64,000 bases of DNA, from positions 28,934-92,933 of the forward strand of contig DF237313.1 in NCBI GenBank assembly GCA_000708835.1, read 5' to 3'. This document shows positions 1 to 12,200 of this stretch, in pieces (position 1 is the stretch's first letter; each line of letters starts with the position of its first letter). Below the pieces are notes generated by a model. The model was not told where the DNA came from. It ran no database searches and saw only the letters and a program-made list of their open reading frames with translations. Source of the DNA: Klebsormidium nitens (Eukaryota > Plantae > Klebsormidiophyceae). The translations under genes and the position numbers were made by a program.

Positions 1-132
1 CTTTCCGAATGGCGCTGCCTTTCCATTCCCGAGCACTATTCTTGCTGTCACCCATACTGTTGCAACCGCCCACTTTCATGAAGCTTCAATTTTGCAGAAG
101 TTAGCTTAGTAAAGTAAGCTGACCAGCCCGAA

Positions 133-223
133 ACGGGTGGGGTTAGTTTGGGGGTTTAGGGTGGGTACGGGTGTGGAGCAGGTGATTTTGTCGGTTAGAT
201 TTCTGTGTTAATGTCAGAGCTTA
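133..223 (+). repeat. Dispersed G-rich intronic repeat, copy A (telomere-like/G-quadruplex-forming)
   Basis: ACGGGTGGGGTTAGTTTGGGGGTTTAGGGTGGGTACGGGTGTGGAGCAG...GAGCTTA aligns by eye with 34406-34495 (roughly two-thirds identical). Confidence 0.6.
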
Positions 224-281
224 CTTCTGCTAGAGCGTACTTTTGCTAAACTGAAGAGACATCTCTTTTCGCCCGCCCCAG

Positions 282-3200
282 CTGGACCAGTGCCGGCGCG
301 AGGCCGCCCAGAAGCACCTGGATCTTAACGCGGCGCTCGAGAACAACGGCGCGCTCGGCGCGCGCAACGAGGAACTAGAGCGGGAGCTCGCGCAGCTGCG
401 CGCGGACGCGCTCCTGAAGCCGCTCGAAGCCGCGGAGGGCGACGTGGCGCGGCGCGAGGGGGCGGGGCTCAGTGTGAAGGAGCTCGAGGAGGAGCTGCAG
501 GAGGTGCGTGGGATGATGACACGTGGCGACATGGGCGAGCTATGTGAAATGGTTTTGAGAACTTTGGCTTGACGAAAAGCGGGTGTTAGGCGGAAAAATA
601 GGCTGAAGATTTTGTGCCGAAGAAACGGGGATAGGCGAATGCTTCTGCCGATTCGTTTGACGTTGTTACGCTTCTGAACCTACGGGGAATTGTGAGGTGG
701 ATCCTCGCACTTTTTGAAGGGACGGTAAAAGGCAGTAAATTCTGTTCTTCTTTGCTGCAGGCGAACAAGCGGATTGAAGAGGAGACGACTCAGCGGCGCG
801 CCGTTGAGAAGGACCTCTTCAACGCCCTCAACGACGTCTTCGACCTGCAAACGCAGCTCGAGGTGAGTCTTCCGAGAATGGCAGAATGTGACAATCTGGA
901 AGTCCTACCATTTCGCTATATCGCGCTTTCGTTTCGGTTGCAACTTTACTGTTTTCCTGTGCAAGGAAGATCACCCTTTCTACATGCAGCGAATAATTTG
1001 CAAGTTTTATAGAGGGGATCTCGATCCCCCACAGGGAAGAAAGATGGCATTATGCGGTTGTTCTCAAATCATGCAACTTTATGCGGGTGTTCTCAAATCA
1101 TGCAACTTTATGCGGGTGTTCTCAAATCATGCAACCCATGTAGGGACTGAACGAGTCGTGTCATGTTGCAGAAAGAGAAGGAGGCTTCCCAGGACCTGGA
1201 GGTCGTGCGCGCCCACGTGGCAGACTTGGAGGAGGCCGTCAAAGCCGCAGAGGTGGGTAGATTCTCGAGATCGAAGGCCATCCTTGACGGGACACGCTGA
1301 TTGACGGACAAAGACCTGCTGTATGAGATCAGCTCACTCAGCACACGCAAGCCTACCTTGTCTTCCGTTGCTCTAGCGAGTGAACTGCACCAATTCAGAC
1401 TGGGTGCCGATTGGGCATGCTCCGCGAATATGCAATTTGACGTCCTGCGAAGACGCGTTTGGGAGCGGCCTCAAAATGCTGACGTGTGCCTGACGTGCAG
1501 GCGGCCGCGACGGAGGCGCGTGCGGAGTGCGAGGCGCTGCAGCAAAAGATGGCCATCGCAGAAGAGGCCCACGTGGATGCCCTGCGGGAACTGGCGGAGG
1601 CGGCGGACTGCCAAGAGCAAGGCTGGAGGAGCAAGGTGCGTCATTGGTAGCCTGATCTAGTGCGGACGCATTTCGACCGAAAGCGGCTCTTGCAGTCCTA
1701 CGGCATTCATCGCGAGAGTTTTGGGACGGGCTCAGACGAAGCTGTACATTGTGTGCCTTGAAGTGGGCATCGAACTGAAAGGACGGCAATACGCACTTTG
1801 TAACCCTGAAAGTTTACCTCCTCAATGGACGAACGATTTGAGGCGGTACGATGAAGGAGGCGCAAATTATATAGGCATGGTCACCGCACACTCTGATATC
1901 GCGTCGCTTCTGATTGTAGGGGTACTGTTTCCTGTGCTGCCAAGCAACCAACAGTAGACAGACAGAGACAGCCGCTCTGAGTTTCTGAAAGAAGTCGTCG
2001 TATATTCGAACGTCTCTCCTCCTTGTATCAGTCCGTAACAACAACTGTAAAGCTTCCCGCTCTCTTGCTTAAGATGCTTATCACCTCCGAAGCTTACAAC
2101 CTTCGGCACGCCCACCTTCCACCATTTCAAGCCCTTCTCCGACTTTTTCACGTTCGCAAACTTCGCTTGTCTTGTTTGACAGGAAGCGGACTGGGTAGGC
2201 GACATGAAGAGCCTGAGCGGCCGCCTTCTGGACGCCCAAACTGCCCGGGAGACCGCAGAAGAGCAGCTTGAGGGGCTCACGCGGGACCTGGAGACGGCGG
2301 TCACGGCGGCAGAGGAGCATCAGAGCAACGCCGAGAAACTAGAGGTGAGAGGAGGTTACGCCGTGAGGCCCGCGTACTTTTCATGCTGTGCGGAGCTTTG
2401 CGTGGCGACATCTGCGTTCTTCACTCTTTGGTTTCATATTGCCTTCATTATAGAATACAGTGGAGACTGTTCCGGCGCACGCCATCCGTTGCTTTCATCA
2501 GTAGACTCAGGGATATCAAGCGACAAACACCGGGTACTTATTTCTCAAACGTAGCAAGCTCTTCACCTATCCTACTCATCTCGCATCTCGACACCTTGAT
2601 TTTTCCATAAAAGCAAGGGGAACAAAAGAGGCCACAAAGATCTCAACCACCGTCATCGCCCTCTTGACTAGGCCCGCCTCTTGGCTCGGACGTCCGACTT
2701 CCAGCGCCAGCTGTCCGCCCTGGAGGAGCGCCTTTTGGCGCGCGACGAAGAAGTCGAAATTCTACAAGAGGACCTGGAGCGCGAGGAGGGTTTGAGGGCT
2801 TTAGAGGGCGACGCGGCCGTCGACCTGGCGGTGCGGCGCGTGAAGAGCGCGGCCAAGGCGCAGATGCGCCAGCTGGCGCGGCAACTAGAGGCGGCGATGA
2901 AGGAGGCCGCGGAGAGCCAGTGGCTCAAGCAGCAGCTGCAGGAGGGCTTCCAGGACACGTGGCAGAAGCTGCAGGTGGGGTCCTCTGCCGTTTTCGTGTC
3001 GATAATACGTAATCCTAACCCATTGATCAAACTTTTATGAATCAACCATTGGTCTAATGCAGAGGTCGCTTCGAGGTTCACTAGTTTCATGTGAAGTTTG
3101 CTTTCCGCACGTTGAGTGATTGGATTGTCGATGATTTGAGTCTGCATCTCATCCACTAAATGTCTCGGCTCTGCTTCTCGTCTGTCATCGACCACCATTC

Positions 3201-6200
3201 GCTAGGACCAACATCGCGCAATGGGTTCCATCCTAGCTTTCAGAAATCTTGTCATCGTTATTATCTCCTCAAAGATACGTTTTGTGTCGAGACTGTTCAA
3301 TATGATTTCAAACGCAATAGCAGAATCGCGGCAAACGAGTCAACTTTGCTGGCCGAGGACCTACACTGTCTGAAACATTTCAGCATGTTGCTATCAGGAG
3401 CGCGAGGCCGAGATGGACGCCCATCGCTCAGAGGCCGAGACCGCGGCCGCGCTCACGATCCAAACCCTGGCGGCCGATGCCGACGCCGCCTTCGAGGAGG
3501 GCCGCAAGATCCGCCTCGAGATGGACCGCACCCTCAAGCAGCTGCAAACCCTGGCCTGCCACGTGGCAGCCGCCGAGGCCGGCCGCGACGCCTCGGCCGA
3601 GCGCTGCCGCGCGCTCGGGGTGGCGCTCGCTGTGCTCGTGCAGTCGCGCGAGGTAACGTCATCGCGGGGACACGTGGCAGCACGGGACGGCGAGAACGAG
3701 GCGTGGGAGGAAGCTTTAAAAGCGGCGTTGGCGGATCGGGATAAGGCGCTGGGTCTGGTGGAAGAAGCGAGGAGAAAGGAAGCGGCGGCGGTGGCTGTGG
3801 CGAGGAGAGAGGCGGAAGCGCGCGCGCGCGCGCTGGAGGCGGCGAATGCGCACGTGGAGGAGATGAGGGTGGCGCTGGCAGAGGCGGAGGAGATGGCGGA
3901 CGCAGCGGAGGTAAGGTCGAAATTTCTCGACATTCACTGCGGTATGTTATGGAAGTTGAAAGATTGGAATCTATCCGAACAGGCCTTAAGATTCCAGGTG
4001 CCACTTGGGCAATCGACGGCTTTGGCCAAAGCCCTGAAAGCGATTGAGGCTTTTTAGACGAGAGCGCGGTCTATGAACAATCTAGGTATCCGGTCATTCG
4101 TCAACGTCCTGAGATCGACCAGCCGTCCAATCTCTTCCATCTCTTCCTCTTTGGTAAATATCCTAACAACCCCGACACTTCATCATTTTATCAGCTCGCT
4201 AGCCTGCTTCGTATTCCTTACCAAGGTTTGGTTACATGTTATTGACCGTTCTTAAATACTGTGGTCTTTCGGTAAAAGGTTCACTTTGCACTGGTATCGG
4301 CTGTTATTGAAATTCGTCGTCCTCTTGGCGCAGTTGAGCAAGCAGCGCGTGTTAGAAGAGGCCGGCCGCGACATCGAGGAACAGAAGGCGCTGATCGCGG
4401 CCGCGGAGTCGGCTGTGCGGGACGCCCAAGAAGAGAGAGAAGAGGTCGAAGAAGTGCTTTGGGGAAGCCTCGAAGCAGAACGCGCAAAGCTCGCGCACAA
4501 AGAAGCGGAGCTCCAAAGTTTGATGCGCGACACGAACGAGGAAGTCGAGAGCGCGCGGAGCGAGGTCGCCAAGATGCGCGAGAAGCTGGGTTCCGCCCGT
4601 TCCGCGGCAGAACGGGCGGAGGAGGAAAGGGCGGAACTGGCGGCCGCGGTGGAAAAGATGCGCGGCCGCGAGCGCGCGCTGCGGGAGAAGGAGAAAGAGT
4701 TGGCGGAGAAGGAAAGGGGGTTAACGGAGCGGGTTAAGGAGATGGCGGAGGAGTTAAGGGAGAAAGAGGAGGCCCTGTCGGCGGCACAGCGGCAGGTGGA
4801 GGCCCAGAAAAAGGGCGTCTCCGGCCCGAACAGGGCCCCCGTGCTGCGGGAGATCAGTAATGCGACGCCCAACCACCGGTACTGCGACGCCGTCAGCGAG
4901 ACGTCGATGTTTTCGGACGCGGAAAACGTGCCGTGGGGAGGAGAGGAGACCCGGGTTAACGACCAGGAGGGGGACAGTTTGCGGGCGGTGAACGCGGAAT
5001 TAGAGGAGGTTAACCAGGAAATGGAGCAGCGGGTTAGTCAGATGGAGGAGGACTTAACCGCGCTGCGGGCTGAGCTGGCGGCGGCGCACGCGCAGATTGC
5101 GGACGTCCGAACGGAGAAGACATACGCGGCGCAGGATCGCCACATCGCCGCGTCCCTCGTGTCCGAAAAGCGCCACGCGTGGCTGTTCGGCCAGGTGTCC
5201 GAAAGCGCTCAGAAGGGACACGTGTCCGCAAGCGAGTCCGAACTGAGGCGCGAGCTCGAGCAGGCGCGCGCGGAGCTGCGGCGGCTGGAGGCGCTCCGGT
5301 CGCCGGGCGGAACGGACACTCCGCCGGCGGAATTCCGGCTGCACCGCGGGCGCGCTCGGACGTCTCCCGACGGGCATTCCGTGGTGATGACGGATGACGA
5401 GACGCTGTGTCAATTTGAGGGGGAGGGCTTCCCTGGCTTCGACGTGGCGGCTCATGAACAGACCATGGCGGATCAGCTCAGCGAGGTGAGTTTGAACGGT
5501 CCGAAAAGCATAGGATATCGGGATGTCAGCATAGGCTATCGGGGCGTCCGGTCACCTAGTTCAAATCTCTCTTCGTAATGACGCTTTGTAACCTGGTCGG
5601 TTGCATCAAGAGCGTTGATTGGAGCTTTTATTCGTTGACATCACTTTCTGGTTGGTGCACATCGTAACCTGCAGCTTGACATTTCTCGACTTTCGTCCCT
5701 TTCTCGCTCTCAGCTTGATGTTCCGCTTTTGAAACTTTCAACCTGTTTCAATTCCCCGAGTGCTTGGGCGAGAATGGAAGTTTGCGAAAATGCATTTTCA
5801 ATGGTTGAAGCAAAGCTCCTAACGCTCAGTGGCTGACGTAGTGCTGACGTCACCTGCAGGTGACGAAGCAGCTGCTTCAGACCATGGCGGAGCACGCGGC
5901 CCGAGAGGCTGAGGTGCAGGGGACGCTGGACCGGTTGGCGACGGCAGAGAAGGAGAAGCAGGCCGGGGAGCGCATCATGCAGTCGCTCGAGCAGAGGTGC
6001 GGGCCAAATCTCGCCTCACTTTTAGCCGGGGAGGTTGAAGTGTACCGATTAGTGTTCATGCTTGATAATTATGCAGAGGGCTTTGCAAAGCAGGCCGGGG
6101 AGCACATCATGCAATCACTCGAGCAGAGGTGACCGCGAAATCTCTTTCTTCTACTCCTAGCAGAGAGGATTGGAGTGCACCGATCATTATGATTCAGCGC

Positions 6201-9200
6201 TTATGTTTGAGAAGTATGCTGGGAGCTTCACAAACAGGCCGGGGATACAATTCATGCAGTCGCTCGAGCGGAGGTGCGGCTCAAAGTCGTGGGATATGCA
6301 GACGACAAGCTCACGGAGGAAAGCTTTTGGAGGACGGAGGATTCTGCCCTCTGTCGGACCGATGATGCTATGCGTTGCTTTCTCGCGGGCTCACCGACTC
6401 TCCATTTTCCCTCTCTGTTGTGGCTTGGACGTTCTACCGATCCGCATTTACATAGACGTTCCATTGACTCACACTCAAAAAGACGTATATTAGTCCCCTC
6501 TAGTGCCAGGGTGTAGATTTGTTGCTGTTGTCGCCAGATTAAAATCACACAGCAGGAGATGGACAGGAAGAAATGTGTTTTGTGCAGGCGGGACCGCATC
6601 CGATGTTCTGGACCACAACTTTACTCAACAGTTGGTTCTGAACTCTAGTCCCCCTCTCGCTTTCTCAGATGTTTGCCCTCCGAGGCGGGCCAAGACTCGT
6701 GTATCATGTAATATTCAACCGGACACAACGTTCGTCGACTCGCACGTTGCGAAAGCTCGTTGAGCGGTATACCAAAGATTCGTACAAGCGGAGATCCATC
6801 TCTTAGCGGTTTCCCGCACTCTACTCAGGCTGGGCGACGCGACTGAGGAGCTGCAGCGGCTGGTGGACGCCCAGAAGCACAAGGAGGCGGAGGTGCGCGA
6901 GCTGCGCGCGCGCCTGTCCAACCTCGAGTCCGAGCACGACGCCGCGCAGGCCGAGATCCAGTGCCTCGAGGAGCGGCTGCTGGCGGCCACCGAGGGGATC
7001 GCCTGTGAGTGTTCTACGCTTCTGGAGGAACGCCCCGATCGGGAATCGTTCACTGACAGGGCTGACGATCTGAGCTTCATTTTTCCTGAATTCTGCGGCA
7101 CGTCCGGCAGCTGGCCGGACGATGGGGTGGCTCCATGCATTTTGAAAGTTTAGACAAAAACCGTACATTCCTGAACAATGTACTTGGTAGCCGATAAAGT
7201 GAACCCTAACTCTGCAGCGTCCGACGGTCAAGTTCGGCGGATGTACCGACGACAAAAATGGCTCCATGCACCCTCTAGTCTTATATTAAACCCCTAAACA
7301 TGAGACCCATATACTCCCTGAAACCTTGGTAAGCCAACAACTTGACTTTTGAACTTTTCCCGCGTCTGAAGGCAAGTCCGGCGGGTGGCCAAACGAAGGG
7401 ACGGTTTTTTTCGCACCAACGACGAGATGGCTTTTTTCGCACCCTGGGGGAATATAATAAGATCTTCTAAAACATAACCAACAGCTGACAACCGGTTTTC
7501 GAATCTGCAGCGTCCGGCGACAAGTTAGGTGGTTGGCCAGACGACGAGGTCGCCGCGGACGAGGCGAAGCTGGACTGCATGGAGGAGGCGCAGGAGCACC
7601 GCGACCGCGAGATCGCGGCGCTGCGCGCGCGGCTGGAGGCGGCCGAGAAGGAGCACGAGCGGGGGGGGCTGCACCTCGAGGAGTTCCTGGAGGAGAACGT
7701 GGCGCAACCGAAAGCGCAGATGCAACAGGTGAGTTGGGTATCAATTTTGTTTTGAACGATTATTTTCAGCTTTACTAGGAGTCAGGGCAGGAGCAGCGAA
7801 TAAAATCATGGAGGAGAACGTGGCCCCTTTGCGAAGTGCGGTTTCCCCATTTTCCCAATCCACTTGGTAATCTCACACCCTAAGCGAGAAAACCTCGTCC
7901 AAACTTTTCCACCTGCTGCATCTGCGCCCCAAAGATGCAGGCGGATTTGCGTGTTATTGGGCGGAAGCTTTACTCAGCCGTTTGGAAAGGTGTGTTTCTC
8001 CATGTCGCTACATGGCCTTCTTGCTCGTGCTTGAATGAGGGAGAACGACCGATCCTAGGGGATCGAATCCTGTTTGACAACAGGATACGTCGAGAGAAGT
8101 CGGCACAAAGTGCTATGCTTGCCGTCGATTGATTACTGTCTTTCCTTACTCTTATCATCCGAAAGTAGGACCTAATGTCGTCTTCAATCCCCTTTTGCCA
8201 GGTGTCCACCGAGCAGCACGAGAAAGCCCAGGCTGTGGCGGCGCTGCAGGCCCGGTTGAATGCCGCGCAGGAGAGCGAGTCCGCGCTGGAGGGCCGCGTG
8301 AAAGAACTAGAGGCGGCGATCGAGGAGAAGACGCGCGAGGTGGAGCAGGCGGTGCAGGACAAGGGGGGGGTCGCGGCGGAGGAGCTCGTGGCGGTGAGTT
8401 GAACGAGCCTTGGAGGTCTTTGTGACCTTTGCGAAGCTTGTGACACCTTATCGGCACTCGGATTTGTGTTTGTCAGGATTCTCTACCATAGAAGATGGTG
8501 TCTCCAAGCCGCGCGAAGAAAGAAGTCTTCCGCTGGTTCTTGGATGTTGTTTGCGTCCTTTTCCAGTCGCGTTAGCCTGCGTGGAGATAACGGTTTGGTA
8601 AATCAGAACTGCCTGCAGATGAGAAAAGAGAAATGCAGTTTGGAAGGAAAGCGAGGTCGAGATTGGTCAGACATCCAAGACGAGCAGGGTTAGAAGAAAA
8701 ATACAAGTGGAACGAGAAACGAAAGAAGCCACAATACGTTTTTGTAGATGCTGCAAGAGCGCCTCGAGGAGGCGTCCGCCCAGCTGCGCGCGACCGCGGC
8801 CGCGCTGCAGCAGAAAGAGCGCGAGCAGGCCGCGCTCGCGGACCAGCTCGTGGGGGCGGAGCGGCAGCACAAGCGGGACCACGACAGCCTGACACGTGTC
8901 CAAAAAGCGGCGGGCAAGGGGGAAGAGGAGAGGGCGGCTCTCGGAGTGCAGTTGGACGAGGCCAAGCGGAAGAGCGAGAGCGATGAGAGGAGGTTGAAGG
9001 AACTAGAGGGGGAGCTGGAGAAGTTGCAACTAGAGGTGGGGGAGAAGAGGGAGGAGGTGGCGAGGCTGGAAGAGCGGCTCGCCGAGGTGAGGAGAGACGT
9101 GGTTTTCTGTAGTTTCATTTTCGGCAATGGGTCGAAACCGTTGGCCAAGCATCTGTTGCTTGATTTGGAATTGATGAGCCAGTGACTGTGTGGACGTCGC

Positions 9201-12200
9201 TTTCCACGAAAAGAAATTACATGCTTTTCAACCGACGGCGGTCACGTGTTTTCTAACCCGAGACCCATTCAAATTGTGTGGAAAGGTCGTAAGGCAGAGA
9301 CGGAACGGGGATATAAGTTGGGGTTGACCAGCCCGTAAATCAACCTAGTCATGGTTCCGGTCAAGAGGCCGAAGAAGGAGATTCTCCTGATCGATACGTT
9401 AAGAGCCAATCTAGTACATCAAGAGGTTCTCGACGACTTCCAATGATCTGGACACAAGTTGGTTTCTTGCGGGCTCACAAGGCAAAGAAATAGTGTACAT
9501 GTTGTGACGGACGAACTTATCTACGGGTACTCACCTAACAGTCAAGCGTGCAATTCCTAGCAATGTTAACAGCGTCAACCCTTCGACTCTTCTCCTATCA
9601 ACTTCTTTAGTTGCAGCATCTCAATGTAATTATGAGTTTGTACTGCTAAGAAATTTCACTATTGTCGTGTCAACGGGAGGGCAGGTAGGGGTACCGAAGC
9701 ATTGAATTAGCAATTTAACAAGCTTATGTGCGTGTCTCTTCTCCGCAGTTGGAAGAGAGCGCGGCGGCCGCCGAGGAAGCCGCCAGCGAACACGTGGCGT
9801 CTCTGGAGGGCAGTCTTGCCGCGGCCGCCCGGGAGCGGAGCAGCCTGCTCGCGCAGTTGGCGTGTGCGCAGCGTCAGGTGGAGGAGAAGGAACTAGTGGA
9901 GCGGGAAGCGCGGCAAATGGCGGAGAGCACCAAGGAGTATTTGGAGGAGCAGGAAGCAGAGGTGGGCATTGACCAAACCTCTTGATGCTCTTTCTTTTCA
10001 TATCAACCAATCAATAAACGGATCGGTAATTTGCAAATTTCCTTTCGATCCGTTCGGGATGGACGTACACGCGTACACGTGTTGCTTGGTGGATTGGCTC
10101 AAGATTGATATTCGCTCCTGCTGAGTGAGAGACCGATTGCAATCAACATGCTTCACAGCTTTATCGTTCTTGGGAGAATGTTTTTTTCAACCTAACAACC
10201 CCTGGCGTTGAGCCATGTCTACATAACCTTTCAAAGCACGACTCGGAGAAATTTTCGCTGCCACAGACTTTCTTTTGCTGCCTCGTTGAGCTCTCTTGCA
10301 AGGGGGCAAAATGCCAAGCGGAGGATCTCTGTTACAGATGGACAGAAATTCTGAAATCCATTGAATGCGGGTTTTGATGCTATCCCCTCTTGCAGACGGA
10401 GGAGCTGAAAGCGAAGCTCGCCGAGACGGAGCGTCACGCCGCGAGCCTCCAGTCCCAGATCGCCCACGCGCTCGAGCAGGCCGAGCAGCAGAAAAGCGCG
10501 CGCGCCGAAGCGGAGCGCGCGCTCGCGCGCGCCCGCGCGCAGCTGGCGAGCGTGCGCGAGGTCGCGGAGGGGAAAGGCAGCGAGATCGCGACCGTTCTGC
10601 GCGAGCTGGGCGAGGTGCGCGCGAAGCTGAGCAAGCTGGAGAGCGCGCACGACGGGAAGGAGCGCGAGCTCGCGCGCGCGCGCGAGGCGGGCGAGCGGCT
10701 GAAGGCGGCGCTGGAGGCGAAGGAGAGGGAGCTGGCGGGGATGCGCGCGCGCGCGGTGGGCGCGGCGAGGGAGGCGGAGCACCAGCAGATCGTGCAGGGT
10801 TTGGGCGCGAGCATCAAACGACTGCAGGGGCAGGTCAGGGACGACACTGTGAGCCGGTCTGGGCGGGGGCGAAAGTTCTGGAGGCTTTCCGAATATGTTG
10901 TTGAGTGGATGTCCTCTGTGAAAATCAAGAGAAGGGGTCTTGCAACGAGTTCAACGTTGCTCGCTATCCCTCACCGCAGCACAAGAGCTTGCACAGTTCA
11001 GGTTGATTTGAGAATTTGACATTCCTCTTAGTTAAGCAAGTGAGGTTCTGGATCGTTCAATACTGCCGTGCTTAAGGTACTCACTAGCAAAATGCATGGT
11101 GTCGTCTTATTAAGGACTGTCTGTCTTCATTATTTGAAATCTTATGTCCCTTTGATATTTTAGGTCGCCGAGATTGCTTCCCCGACTCGCCGCACACCCG
11201 CTCCCGCCGCCACACCCGGCGCACTCTCCCACCGTCGTTCCGCTGCACCCGCAGCCGAATCCGGCTCGCCAAACGGAAGTCCGTCCAGGGAGGCCGACGG
11301 AATCGCCTCCAAGTTGAACGGCTCACCCGCGATCAAGGGCGCTGTCCGGAGTCTGGAGGAGCAGTTGCGGATCCAACGGAACAGGGTGGCGGAACTGGAG
11401 CAACTGGCGGACAGCAGAGAAAAGCAGGTCAGCAGTCGAAAACCTGAGTTACGGGCTTGAGGGTTTGTGAGTAGCGCGCCGAGATACAATAAGTCCGCAA
11501 GTAAGGGCAAGTCAGCCCGTTGCCCGTGGAGATACTTCTGTGATAATCTGAAACGAGCACAAGAGTCTCTTTGTATTCAAGCTTTTTAGGAAGCAAGTGA
11601 GATGTTGGGACCAAAAAAAATGGCGGAGCTTCCTTGCGCACCCGTCTGCATGAGGACGTCTTTTTCGGTGCAGCCGAAAAAGGACCCAAATCAAGTCACC
11701 GTTAAGGACCCTTTCCTTTCCGCGAAGAGCCTCCCGTTCGGTCCTGCCTTCATACGTCCAATGTTAAGAATCTTCGAAGCTGAGAGCGGAAGCAGAACTC
11801 CTAGCAAAGGCATATGCCCAAGCTTTCTTCAACCCGTTTGCAGCTGTTCGCTCTGAACGTCCTTTCGGTGGATCTGTTGCAAGTTTGAGCCACTGTTAGG
11901 GACCTCCTCATTTTGATGGATCTAAACCTCCTCTAGACCCTCCCTTCCGTCCTTTCTTCGAAGCGATGCACGAAAGCAGAAGTCCTAGTAGAAGTGTATT
12001 TCTAAGCCCCCTCCTCCGCTTGTTTGCAGCTCTTCGCCCTGAACGCGCGCCTCGCGGCCGCGGAGGGCCGCACGCACGACATGGTGCGCGACATGGTCGG
12101 CCTCAAGATCACGCACGCATCCCAAACCCCGCCGCGGCCCCAAACCTCGCCGAATCCCGTCGTGACGCCCACCGAGGCCGCGTCGCTCTCGTCGTCGCGC

